DNA of 64,000 nucleotides. It comes from an uncultured archaeon. Lineage in GTDB: Archaea; Asgardarchaeota; Lokiarchaeia; Sigyniarchaeales; SOKP01. The position numbers and the translations under genes are program-made. The stretch spans positions 32,001-96,000 of the forward strand of contig CAZALK010000007.1 in the NCBI GenBank assembly GCA_964486045.1, written 5' to 3'. Under the pieces are notes generated by a model. It was not told the DNA's origin. It ran no database searches and saw only the letters and a program-made list of their open reading frames with translations. Below, one piece after another: positions 41,103-51,012 of this stretch (position 1 is the first letter of the stretch; the number at the start of each line of letters is the position of its first letter).

Positions 41103-42563
41103 ATGGGTGATTTAATATGTGTATTTGATGTTGGAACAACTGGAGCGAGGACTATTATCTTTGACATCAATGGAAAAGAAATTGCGAGAGATTATTTAGA
41201 ATATCGAATACCTAAACAAGCAGTTGGCATTTCTGAGCAGGATCCTCTTATTTGGTGGAATGCAATTAAGAAAACTTGTAATATGGTTTCACAAAAAGTA
41301 AATGTGAATGATATTGTGGGTATTTCAGCTGCTTTTTTAAGAGGAACACTGACATTTTTAGACGATAAAGGAGATGCTTTACATCCAGCATTAACATGGA
41401 TGGATGAAAGGGGAGAATCAAGTGCGAATGAATGGGTTGAGCAAGAAGGTGCATTCAGAAGGGCAATGCCTAAGATTTTATGGATCAAAAAAAATAAACC
41501 AGAAATATTTGAAAAAACTTCAAAAATTGCATTTGTAGACACTTTTATCTTGAATAAATTGTGTGAAATATTTGTGACCGATCATACTAATGCATATTGG
41601 GGAATACTTGATTTGGAAACGTTAAACTGGGATCTAGAGTTAGCAGAAGCATATGGTGTTCCATTAGATTTATGGCCAGACATAAAATTCCCTGGAGAAG
41701 TTATTGGTGAGTTAAGTGGCACTGCTGCTAAAGATCTAAATTTACCAAATAATATACCAATAATTATGGGTAGCGGAGATCAGCAATGTTCAGCTTTAGG
41801 ATTAGGTGTAATTGAAACGGGTCAAGCAAAAATAACAATGGGAACCGGAACTTTTGTTGACTATGTTGTTGATAAACCTGTAAAACCAGCGGGAGGAATT
41901 CCTATATTTTCTATCCCAACACCTATCAAGGGAAAATGGAATATTGAAGCTACTATGCCTGGTACAGGAACAGCCATGAAATGGTTTAAAGATAATTTTT
42001 CTCAATTACAAATCCAAGAAAGTATTGAGAAACAGATAAACGTTTATGATATCCTAACAAGAGAGGCATCAACAATATCACCAGGTAGTGAAGGTTTACT
42101 TGTTCTTCCTTTATATATGTTTAGAAAAGGAACAATTCACGGCTTAGGATGGAATCACACGAGAGCTCACTTGATTCGGGCAATAATGGAGTCTGCAGCT
42201 TTAAGTGCTCAGATGTATCTCAATATTATTGAAACTTTAGGTGGAGCAAAAGTCTCAGAAGTTAAAGCAGATGGAGGTGCAATGAAAAGTCCTCTATGGG
42301 CACAAATCCTTGCAGACATAACATTAAAGAAAATTCTTTTACCTGAAGAAAAGGACGGTGCTGCCATGGGTGCTGCAATCCTTGGGTTTTATGGTACAAA
42401 AATATATGACAGTTTTGAAAAAGCTATTTCTAATATGGTCAGATTTATCGATACAAAAGAACCTATCAAACAGAATGTGAGAACCTATAAAAAATTAAAA
42501 AGGATTTTTATGCCAGCATTATTAGATCTATATGAAAAAAAAAGGCTAACTAAAGATCTATAA
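41103..42563 (+). CDS. FGGY-family carbohydrate kinase
   Basis: DVGTTGAR, EQDP..WW, TWMDER, GDQQCSALG and QILADI. Confidence 0.92.
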   Translation: MGDLICVFDVGTTGARTIIFDINGKEIARDYLEYRIPKQAVGISEQDPLIWWNAIKKTCNMVSQKVNVNDIVGISAAFLRGTLTFLDDKGDALHPALTWMDERGESSANEWVEQEGAFRRAMPKILWIKKNKPEIFEKTSKIAFVDTFILNKLCEIFVTDHTNAYWGILDLETLNWDLELAEAYGVPLDLWPDIKFPGEVIGELSGTAAKDLNLPNNIPIIMGSGDQQCSALGLGVIETGQAKITMGTGTFVDYVVDKPVKPAGGIPIFSIPTPIKGKWNIEATMPGTGTAMKWFKDNFSQLQIQESIEKQINVYDILTREASTISPGSEGLLVLPLYMFRKGTIHGLGWNHTRAHLIRAIMESAALSAQMYLNIIETLGGAKVSEVKADGGAMKSPLWAQILADITLKKILLPEEKDGAAMGAAILGFYGTKIYDSFEKAISNMVRFIDTKEPIKQNVRTYKKLKRIFMPALLDLYEKKRLTKDL

Positions 42564-42682
42564 TTCATATCTTTATTTTTGTTTATGTTCAAATTTAATT
42601 TGGGTCACTACTTTGATTTAGAAAAGTATTTTTTGAATCTTTTATTTCAAACATTATAAAATGGAATAATATCTATGGTCAC

Positions 42683-43528
42683 ATGCCTTATTTCAGAAAC
42701 CAAGAGGGTTATAATCTATATTATGAGAACATCAACCCTGATTTAGCGGGGTGTACCATCATTTTACTTCACGGATTTGCCTCATCTGCTTCATTCTTCA
42801 AATCACAAATAAAGATGTTAAAGAAAAATTATCGTATACTAGCTTTTGACGCATTAGGACATGGAAGAAGCGATCACCCAAAAGATTTGAACCTTTCTAA
42901 GAATTTAAGGTATGAAATAATCAGAGATTTAGAAGATCTACTAAAACATTTGGATATCAACGACCATTACGGAATTATAGGTCATTCTCTGGTTGGGGGG
43001 ATGATAGGTCAGCTATTTACAATGAAACATCCTGAGAAGATTGATTTCCTCATTTTAATGAATTCAGGATTTATAATTATTGACAATGTAATAAGGAATA
43101 TCTTCTATAATTTGCTTCCGTACGACGTTCGTATGAATTTTCTTGATATTGTTGCAAATTCAATCGAGTATATCTTAGATAAAACAATTCCATTTATAAT
43201 TACTGCTTTATCAGATTCCCTAGAAGGTATCAAATTAACTAAAGACGAATTATTCATGAAAATTGAAGAACAAATCTTCAATATGATAAATGAGATAAAT
43301 GAATATGATCCTTCGCATATCAATTGTCCAACTCTGATAATAGGAGGAAGGTTAGACAATTTCGCTCCTCAACAAATGTCTGAAGAGTTACATAAAAAAA
43401 TACCTAATTCCATATTGAAGATCATCGACATGGCTGGGCATTTCGCCCCAAATCAACGTTCCGAGAAGGTTAACGCGTTTATCGCAGACTTCATCAACGA
43501 CATTGACGGGTTTAAGATAATCTCTTGA
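42683..43528 (+). CDS. alpha/beta hydrolase
   Basis: LHGF, DALGHGRS, GHSLVGG, GRLD and AGH. Confidence 0.88.
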   Translation: MPYFRNQEGYNLYYENINPDLAGCTIILLHGFASSASFFKSQIKMLKKNYRILAFDALGHGRSDHPKDLNLSKNLRYEIIRDLEDLLKHLDINDHYGIIGHSLVGGMIGQLFTMKHPEKIDFLILMNSGFIIIDNVIRNIFYNLLPYDVRMNFLDIVANSIEYILDKTIPFIITALSDSLEGIKLTKDELFMKIEEQIFNMINEINEYDPSHINCPTLIIGGRLDNFAPQQMSEELHKKIPNSILKIIDMAGHFAPNQRSEKVNAFIADFINDIDGFKIIS

Positions 43529-43622
43529 TTAAGTCAAAATAATATTAATTTAGGAACTCTGGATTGATAAAAATTTATATTTATTATATTTGTATTGTTA
43601 TAATACTTAATAGACAATTAAA

Positions 43623-44001
43623 AATGAAAAGAAAGAAGACTATCACACTTAAGGATACACGCTTAAGAAAAGTACGTACAGAGCTTAGGTCTTTATTAAT
43701 TCTAGCTAAGGAAGGAAGAATCTCTGAGTTGTATGACCAGATAGAGGCGATAGGACAAGATAGATCTTTAGACCTCGAGACCAAGATCCGTAGGAAGAAT
43801 CGTGTTACTCAGAAAATTAATTCTCTTGACTTTGCCTTCAACCATTCTACTCTTAGATGCCGCTTATGTAAAGGGGTAGACCTCGACTTGACATATAATC
43901 CTGGGGATGATTTATGGTATTGTGAAGAATGCTACGAGTTTAATCAGTCCTACTATAAACAACATCCAAATGAAGCTGATTGGAAAAAACTCTACCCTTA
44001 A
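43623..44001 (+). CDS. zinc-finger protein, paralog of 53926-54492
   Basis: MKRKKTITLKDTRLRKVR N-terminus and CxxC...WYCxxC; likely start at the internal Met. Confidence 0.65.
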
Positions 44002-44531
44002 CCTTTTTTCCATGGTTGAGAAAATTATTCAAAATTTATCCTAAAAAATAGGTTAAATTTATTTGTGTGGACAAGTAAAATAACTTTACTTTATTTCTTT
44101 TCTTGCAAGTTCATCACATTATGAAGTTTTTAAAATTAATATAAAATTAATGAGGTATTATAGGGATGTTGATTTCTTTTCAGATCCCATTTTTCTTTTT
44201 TTTTTTTTTGATATTAAACTTATCTTTTACACAAGAAAATGATAATCCAGACACTCAGAACTAGGTTGTAGTAATGAGTCCACTATCTAATGAACTTACC
44301 ATTATTATTATCTCAAATTATTCTCCGCAAAAATATTAGATTTTATTTCAGAATTAGTTTTGTAGTAACTTATTTTACAGTTTATCTTACAGCAATCACG
44401 AATGAGACTCCCTTTTGATTTAATATATTCTCCTAAAAATTGTTATTAACAATTTAATATACTAGTTAATTAGAAATTTAAAGAGAATACTACATATTAA
44501 TAATTTAAAGCAATACTGGTTTGGAAATATA

Positions 44532-44897
44532 ATGAACGAAAATCATGATAAAAATACAGCAATTTCATTTTTCAAAGAAGATGTAAAAGAATTTACCAAA
44601 GGACGGGATTGGGTCAAATACCATACTCCTAAGAATTTAGTACAAGCAATAAATTGTGAGGCAGGAGAGCTTTCTCATTTATTACTTTTTAAGGATTATT
44701 CTAAGAATGATATTTGGGGTAATAAAAACCTCATTAATAACATTTCTGATGAAATTGCAGATGTATTTATATACCTCATTGGGCTTATTAATGCTTTAGA
44801 TCTGGATTTAACCCAAGTTTTCATGAATAAAATGAAAAAAAACAAAAAAAAATATCCAACTAAAGAGTTTAACAGCGGGATTTATTATAAAAAATAA
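44532..44897 (+). CDS. MazG-like nucleotide pyrophosphohydrolase
   Basis: RDWVKYHTPKNL, EAGEL, DEIADVFIYL and KM.KN.KKYP. Confidence 0.9.
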   Translation: MNENHDKNTAISFFKEDVKEFTKGRDWVKYHTPKNLVQAINCEAGELSHLLLFKDYSKNDIWGNKNLINNISDEIADVFIYLIGLINALDLDLTQVFMNKMKKNKKKYPTKEFNSGIYYKK

Positions 44898-45091
44898 GAC
44901 TTTCTTTTTTTAATTTTAATAAATCACTCCCTTTGGCACTATGTGGTCTTTATTGCAGTATATGGATCATAAATATTTTTAGAAATAAAAACTATAATAG
45001 CTGTAAGATTCCCCTTGATGTAGTTTGTACAATTCAATATTATTTCATTAATAAAAAGATTATTTAGGATTTTTTCTACTATAATAAAATC

Positions 45092-46069
45092 ATGGTAGCA
45101 AAAAATATTGATGATATAATCAAAAAACAATTAAGTCATACACTAAGCGAAACCAACTTTACTCAATTAGGAAAATTATATAAAGGGAAGGTTCGCGATA
45201 ATTACATAAAAGAAAATAAAAGGATAATTATTTCAACTGACCGATTATCCTCTTTTGATCGTGTTATTACCACTATTCCCTTCAAAGGTCAGTTGTTAAA
45301 TCAAATTTCTTCCTTCTGGTTTGAAAAAACAAAAAACTTAGTAAAGAATCATATTATAAGTATACCAGATCCAAACGTCTCAGTGGTTCATCAATGTAAA
45401 ACCCTCCCTGTTGAAATTATTGTTCGAGCTTATATTACAGGTACTGCATGGCGCAATTACTTAAAAGGAGAACCTACTTCTGGAATAGTGCTACCGAAAG
45501 GATTAGAGAAAAACCAGAAATTAGAGGAAGTTCTTGTTACTCCCTCGTCCAAAGCAGAATCTGGACATGACATATATCTTTCTAAAGAACATATTATGAG
45601 GAATAAAATGGTGGAAAAAGATATCTATGAAGACATGGAGGAAGCAGCATTAAAATTGTTTAGATTTGGTCAAAAATACTGTAAGAAAAACGGTCTAATT
45701 ATGGTAGATACTAAGTATGAATTTGGGATAAAAGAGGGAGAACTTATGCTGATTGATGAGCTCCATACACAAGATTCTTCGAGATTCTGGATTGCAGAAA
45801 CTTACGATGAGAAAATAGGTAAAGGAGAAGAACCCGAGATTTTAGACAAAGAAATATTTAGAGGATGGCTCATGAAAACCTATCCCGATATTTTTCCTGA
45901 TATTAAACCTGAAGACGACATACCACCAATATCAAATGATATTAAAATTGAATTAGCAAAAAGATACATGAAAAGTTATGAAAAAATTACGGGATTTGAA
46001 TTTAAAGCTAATGTTATGGATGTTAGCCAAAGGATTCTCGAAAATTTAAAGGAAGCAAATTACTTATAG
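45092..46069 (+). CDS. purC: SAICAR synthetase
   Basis: YKGKVRD, TDRLSSFD, VDTKYEFG and DELHTQDSSRFW. Confidence 0.95.
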   Translation: MVAKNIDDIIKKQLSHTLSETNFTQLGKLYKGKVRDNYIKENKRIIISTDRLSSFDRVITTIPFKGQLLNQISSFWFEKTKNLVKNHIISIPDPNVSVVHQCKTLPVEIIVRAYITGTAWRNYLKGEPTSGIVLPKGLEKNQKLEEVLVTPSSKAESGHDIYLSKEHIMRNKMVEKDIYEDMEEAALKLFRFGQKYCKKNGLIMVDTKYEFGIKEGELMLIDELHTQDSSRFWIAETYDEKIGKGEEPEILDKEIFRGWLMKTYPDIFPDIKPEDDIPPISNDIKIELAKRYMKSYEKITGFEFKANVMDVSQRILENLKEANYL

Positions 46070-46115
46070 GAAGGGAGAAAAATTTAAATAAGAAACAAAT
46101 GTATTTTATTGTATC

Positions 46116-46310
46116 ATGCTAGATTTAATTCTATTATTTCTTAATTTTCCGTTGTTTATGTTTAGCTTTATATTTTTAATACTTGATATGAAAAATTATA
46201 AGGAGAATAAGTATAAAGATCTAGCAACGAATAAATTACCGAAACGAAGTTCTTACAGCCTATTATTTGGTCTTTTAGCATTGATATTAGCCGTAATTAT
46301 TAGTTTATAA
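46116..46310 (+). CDS. small two-TM membrane protein
   Basis: 64 aa with two hydrophobic helices. Confidence 0.45.
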   Translation: MLDLILLFLNFPLFMFSFIFLILDMKNYKENKYKDLATNKLPKRSSYSLLFGLLALILAVIISL

Positions 46311-46539
46311 GAGTGATTTCAAGCATTCCTATAATTTCCTAAGCCTATAACTAGATTCTAATTCCGTAATTTTAAGGATAATTAAATCCTACTTATCTTC
46401 CTTAAATTATTCAGAATAAATTTGGTAGAATAGCTCGAAAAATTTAAAATAACAGCCCGTTCTTATCGTTTTTGTCGAGGGCAATTATTTTTAAGTTAAT
46501 AAGAACTAATAAAAATATATACACCTTCCTTACTCACAA

Positions 46540-46809
46540 ATGGATCCCTTAGATTTTATTGTGGAAGTTGTTCTTGAAAATAAACCAGCCGCGCGCGATC
46601 CCGTCGGACAAACCATTCAAAAAGATCTTTTAGCAAAAAAAGGATATGATATGGTAACTAAAGTTCGGTCCGGGCAATATTTACGAATTTACTTAAAATC
46701 TGCTGGAGAAATAGAAGCTAGAGAAATTGTAGATAAAATGTGTAATGAGCTTCGAATTTTTAATCCTGTTACTCAAAATTTAACTATATTAAAAGTAACA
46801 AAATCATGA
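46540..46809 (+). CDS. purS: FGAM synthase subunit PurS
   Basis: DPVGQTI, VRSGQY and MCNEL..NPV; upstream of purQ. Confidence 0.92.
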   Translation: MDPLDFIVEVVLENKPAARDPVGQTIQKDLLAKKGYDMVTKVRSGQYLRIYLKSAGEIEAREIVDKMCNELRIFNPVTQNLTILKVTKS

Positions 46810-47516
46810 GTATAAAAGTTGCCGTTATTGATTTTCCTGCGAGTAACTGTAATTTAGACGCTATACATGTTTTAAATAATGTTGTTAACGTGAAAGCAGA
46901 TTTAGTATGGCACAATCATTTTAAGGAATCTAATTATGATGGTGTTATTCTGCCAGGGGGTTTTTCCTTTGGAGATTATTTAAGAGCGGGGATTATTGCT
47001 GCTCATAGTCCTGCAATTGAAGAAGCAAGAATTATGCTAAATGATGGAAGACCGGTAATAGGAATTTGTAATGGTTTTCAGATTCTAACAGAAGCCCAAT
47101 TTCTCCCAGGTGCCTTATTGCGTAATGAATCCCTTAAGTTTATTTGTAAATGGGTGAATCTTAAAGTAGAAAATAATAAAACTGCCTTTACAAATAAATT
47201 GAAAGTAGGAGATGTGATTGATATTCCTATAGCTCATGGAGAAGGACGTTATTATACTGATGATTTAAAGGAATTAGAAGAGAATGAACAAATTGTATTT
47301 AGATATTCTAATGAGAATGGGGAATTCAGAAAAGATACTAATCCTAATGGTTCCCTAGATAATATTGCAGGAATTTGTAATTTAAACCAGAATTGTATTG
47401 GATTGATGCCCCATCCAGAACGCGCTTCAGAACCTATTTTAAGCCCCAAAAAAACAGATCATGGGAAGTTAATATTTGAATCTATGGTTGAATTTATAAA
47501 AGGGAGGTTATCATAA
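46806..47516 (+). CDS. purQ: FGAM synthase subunit PurQ
   Basis: PGGFSFGDYLRAG, GICNGFQ, AHGEG and MPHPER. Confidence 0.96.
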   Translation: MSIKVAVIDFPASNCNLDAIHVLNNVVNVKADLVWHNHFKESNYDGVILPGGFSFGDYLRAGIIAAHSPAIEEARIMLNDGRPVIGICNGFQILTEAQFLPGALLRNESLKFICKWVNLKVENNKTAFTNKLKVGDVIDIPIAHGEGRYYTDDLKELEENEQIVFRYSNENGEFRKDTNPNGSLDNIAGICNLNQNCIGLMPHPERASEPILSPKKTDHGKLIFESMVEFIKGRLS

Positions 47517-49762
47517 TGACGAAGGTAAGCCTTGACGGTGAAGAGATTAGTGTTGAAATGACCAATGAAGAATTTAAAAAGGTTAAGGAGTTATTAAATA
47601 GAGAGCCAAACATCACGGAATTAGGGATGTTTGATGTGATGTGGAGTGAACATTGTTCCTATAAATCATCACGCCCAAAATTAAAACTATTCGAAAATGC
47701 CGAAGAAAATTATGATTATGTTTTAGCTGGCCCTGGTCAGGACGCGGGTGTGATTGATATCGGTGAAGGTTATGCATTAGCATTCAGAATTGAGTCTCAT
47801 AATCACCCTTCAGCCATTGAGCCTTATCATGGCGCTGCTACGGGGGTTGGCGGCATCCTTCGCGATATTCTGAGCATGGGCGTTCGCCCAATCGCGCTAT
47901 TGGACCCGTTAAGATTTGGGTGTTTAAGAAACAATCCACATTCACAGTGGTTATTTAAATATGTTGTGAAAGGTATTGCTGATTATGGAAATTGTACAGG
48001 AATTCCCACTATTGGAGGAGAGGTTGAGTTTGATGATAGTTTTGAAAGTAATTGTATTGTAAATGTAGCCTGTATAGGTTTGGGAACAATAGAAGATTTC
48101 AAACACGCCCCAAGCAGAGCTTATAATCCTGGTGATTATGTAGTTTTAATGGGAGGATCAACAGGGAGAGATGGAATCCATGGGGTAACCTTCGCTTCTC
48201 GTGCGCTGACAGAGATGTCTGAAGCGGATAGACCCGCTGTTCAAATTGGTGATCCTTTTACAAAGAAGATGATCATTGAAGCTACTCTAGAAGCTGTTAA
48301 ATCTGGATATGTAAGAGGCTTAAAGGATCTTGGGGGAGGGGGTTTGACCTGTGCAACAAGCGAATTGACTGGTGATGGGAACACTGGGGCAAAGGTGGAT
48401 TTAAGGAAAGTATTTACCAGAGAACCCGATATGAATTCTTATGAAATTATGCTTTCTGAATCACAGGAGCGAATGACTTTTATAGTCAAACCTGAAGGAT
48501 TAGAAAAAATTATTGATATCTTTAGAAAATATGAAACAACTTTTGCTGTAATTGGTAGAACAGATGATTCAAAAGTTCTGAAGGTTTTTGACGAGGAAGA
48601 ACTGGTTGTAAATATTCCTGCAAAGGCACTTTCAGAGTCCCCGACTTTTAAACGTGAGGAAAAACGACCATCCTACCTAAATGAATTATTGACTCAAAAA
48701 ACTCCTGAAACAAATTTGAGTTTAGAAGCAATAATTTATAGGTTAATCGCATCAGAAAATATTTGTAGTAAAGAATGGGTTTATCGACAATATGATCATG
48801 AAGTTGGAGTAAGATCAGTAGTTAAGTGTGGGGAAGGAGATTCCGGCGTTCTAAGGATCATCGGAACGAATAAATTTATTGCTGCTAGTGTAGGAGTGAA
48901 TTCAAAACATTGCTTTTTGGATCCTTATGAAGGAGCAAAAGGTGGACTAGTTGAAGAATGCGGGAATATTATCTCAAATGGAGCAAAACCAATGGCAATG
49001 GTAAACTGTTGTAATTTTGGAAACCCTGAAATTCCCGAATCGTTTTGGTATTTTTCTAAAGCTGTCCAAGGTATGGATGACTTTTGTAGAGCTCTAAAAA
49101 TACCTATTGTAGGAGGAAATGTATCATTCTATAATGAGGACGATGTAAAAAAGATCGCGATCAAAGCTACACCAGTGATTATGATTGTTGGAATTATTGA
49201 AGGTGAGAATAATATTATAACGCTTCCATTTAAAGATTCCGGCAATGAAATTTTTCTAATTGGAGAAACTAAAGCGGAGTTAGGAGGATCTGAATTCCAT
49301 TCTGTTATTCATAACTTGGAAGGTGGTAAACCTCCAACTGTAGATAATGAGAAAATAAAAGCTAAGTGGGATTTCCTATTTGAATTATATGATAGAAAAA
49401 TTGTGAAAGCTAACCATGATGTAAATAAAGGAGGAATTATTATTACTGTTTCAGAAATGGGCTTCAAAAATAAATTAGGAGCGGATCTTGACTTTAGAAA
49501 TTGTTATGATGAAAATTTAAGGGATGATGAATTTCTATTTAGTGAATCAGTTGGTAGATTTATTATTGAAACAAGCCCAAAAGATCATGGTTTAATACTC
49601 GATCTTGCCAAACAATTTAGTGTAGTTATTAACAAAATTGGGGTAGTAAATTCAAATCCGATAATTAAGATAAGTGGGTTAAAATCAGAAAATTTTAAAC
49701 TTGATGTAGAAAATATGAAGGAGTTATACGAATCTACAATTCCAAATTTAATGGAAATTTAG
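47516..49762 (+). CDS. purL: FGAM synthase subunit PurL
   Basis: WSEHCSYKSS, ESHNHPS, SESQERM and GGNVSFYNE. Confidence 0.97.
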   Translation: MTKVSLDGEEISVEMTNEEFKKVKELLNREPNITELGMFDVMWSEHCSYKSSRPKLKLFENAEENYDYVLAGPGQDAGVIDIGEGYALAFRIESHNHPSAIEPYHGAATGVGGILRDILSMGVRPIALLDPLRFGCLRNNPHSQWLFKYVVKGIADYGNCTGIPTIGGEVEFDDSFESNCIVNVACIGLGTIEDFKHAPSRAYNPGDYVVLMGGSTGRDGIHGVTFASRALTEMSEADRPAVQIGDPFTKKMIIEATLEAVKSGYVRGLKDLGGGGLTCATSELTGDGNTGAKVDLRKVFTREPDMNSYEIMLSESQERMTFIVKPEGLEKIIDIFRKYETTFAVIGRTDDSKVLKVFDEEELVVNIPAKALSESPTFKREEKRPSYLNELLTQKTPETNLSLEAIIYRLIASENICSKEWVYRQYDHEVGVRSVVKCGEGDSGVLRIIGTNKFIAASVGVNSKHCFLDPYEGAKGGLVEECGNIISNGAKPMAMVNCCNFGNPEIPESFWYFSKAVQGMDDFCRALKIPIVGGNVSFYNEDDVKKIAIKATPVIMIVGIIEGENNIITLPFKDSGNEIFLIGETKAELGGSEFHSVIHNLEGGKPPTVDNEKIKAKWDFLFELYDRKIVKANHDVNKGGIIITVSEMGFKNKLGADLDFRNCYDENLRDDEFLFSESVGRFIIETSPKDHGLILDLAKQFSVVINKIGVVNSNPIIKISGLKSENFKLDVENMKELYESTIPNLMEI

Positions 49763-49843
49763 TTAAGGTTTATTTGCATGAATATTATCGAATTTCATTG
49801 ACTTTTAATCAAAAATTGTTCATTTTAAAACTTTATTTCAATA

Positions 49844-49864
49844 TTGTTCGTCCCTCACGAACAA
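49844..49864. promoter_or_regulatory. perfect inverted repeat TTGTTCGT-n5-ACGAACAA upstream of small Zn-binding gene
   Basis: 8-bp perfect arms read directly; function inferred. Confidence 0.4.
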
Positions 49865-49914
49865 ATTAAAATAAAAACCAAAACTTTGAAATAATTTCCA
49901 AGTTTAAAATAATA

Positions 49915-50148
49915 TTGAAGGATAAATTAGAGATAGGAATTATGAGTCTTCGTTGTCGTGCTTGTATCAAATGCAAAACATATTTAGTTATTCATGCTGA
50001 TAATCCCATAAATCAAGTTGAAATAAAAAATTTCGAAAGAAAGCACACAAGCCATATGATTATGACAGTTGAATTAAATGAAGTGAAAGGAGTTTACAGC
50101 CCATTTACAAATAATGGTGGTACTAAGACAACTGAAGAAAAGGATTAA
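49915..50148 (+). CDS. small zinc-binding protein
   Basis: CxxC...HxxH (CIKC, HTSH). Confidence 0.6.
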   Translation: MKDKLEIGIMSLRCRACIKCKTYLVIHADNPINQVEIKNFERKHTSHMIMTVELNEVKGVYSPFTNNGGTKTTEEKD

Positions 50149-50304
50149 TATTCTTTAGATGTTATCAATTTCACGCCTATTTTTATATAGATGTTAATTT
50201 TTCTAAAATTGATTAAATTTTAATATGAAAATCATCATGGGGATCTAGAAAATAATTAAATCTAATTTGAGCGATAATTATACTTTGTAAAAATCTCTTT
50301 CAAA

Positions 50305-50925
50305 ATGAGAATAGGTACCCAATTCAAAAAATTACACAAAAAGATTGAAACTGGAAAGGAGTTTAAGCAAAAATCATATAAAAAAAGATCAGGAGGATAT
50401 TTATATACTGATTCAAGAAGAAGGAAACCTAATGAAAATAAAATGGGGAAATTAATAGAAAAACTAAATTTTTTAAAACTCTTAATGAATATTATAAATG
50501 AAGGAGCCACTGGATTTGAATTAGCTTATGAAGTTGAGAAAAATCAAGAAGTAAAGAATTTAATTTACGACGGTATTTTGTTTTACAACACTTTTATAGA
50601 AATTGGTAATAAGAAATTTTTAGATGCTCCTGATAAAGTCAAAGTAGATTATCGATCTTTTAAAACAATTGAAGATACTGAAAAGTATATATTTATGATA
50701 TGGTTGAAAGATAAAATCACCTCACTTGAGAAGAGATTTCAACCTAAAGAGAATTATGCGAAATTTGTTGTGGCTAAAAAAACTCATGAGATAAAGGAAG
50801 CATTGAAGAAATTACGCGAAAAACTGACTCATTGTAAAAATTGTGGGGCACGGATACAAAGTATAGAACAAATATTATGTGAGGAATGTGGAAAAAACCT
50901 TATGGAGAGTATTTCACAAAAATAA
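50305..50925 (+). CDS. hypothetical protein with C-terminal zinc ribbon
   Basis: CKNCG...CEECG. Confidence 0.65.
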   Translation: MRIGTQFKKLHKKIETGKEFKQKSYKKRSGGYLYTDSRRRKPNENKMGKLIEKLNFLKLLMNIINEGATGFELAYEVEKNQEVKNLIYDGILFYNTFIEIGNKKFLDAPDKVKVDYRSFKTIEDTEKYIFMIWLKDKITSLEKRFQPKENYAKFVVAKKTHEIKEALKKLREKLTHCKNCGARIQSIEQILCEECGKNLMESISQK

Positions 50926-51012
50926 AAATCAGACTTCGGGATTAAGAAACTCAGTTTTGCTCAGCAATTAATTACATAAAAAGAAAAAAAAAATTATTTA
51001 AGTTGGAATGTT

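Noticed and set aside
44001-44532. Long AT-rich spacers with poly-T runs (also 53520-53925 and 25830-26260) as ncRNA or CRISPR
   Set aside because: No repeat-spacer periodicity or GC-rich structure; consistent with terminators or decayed DNA.
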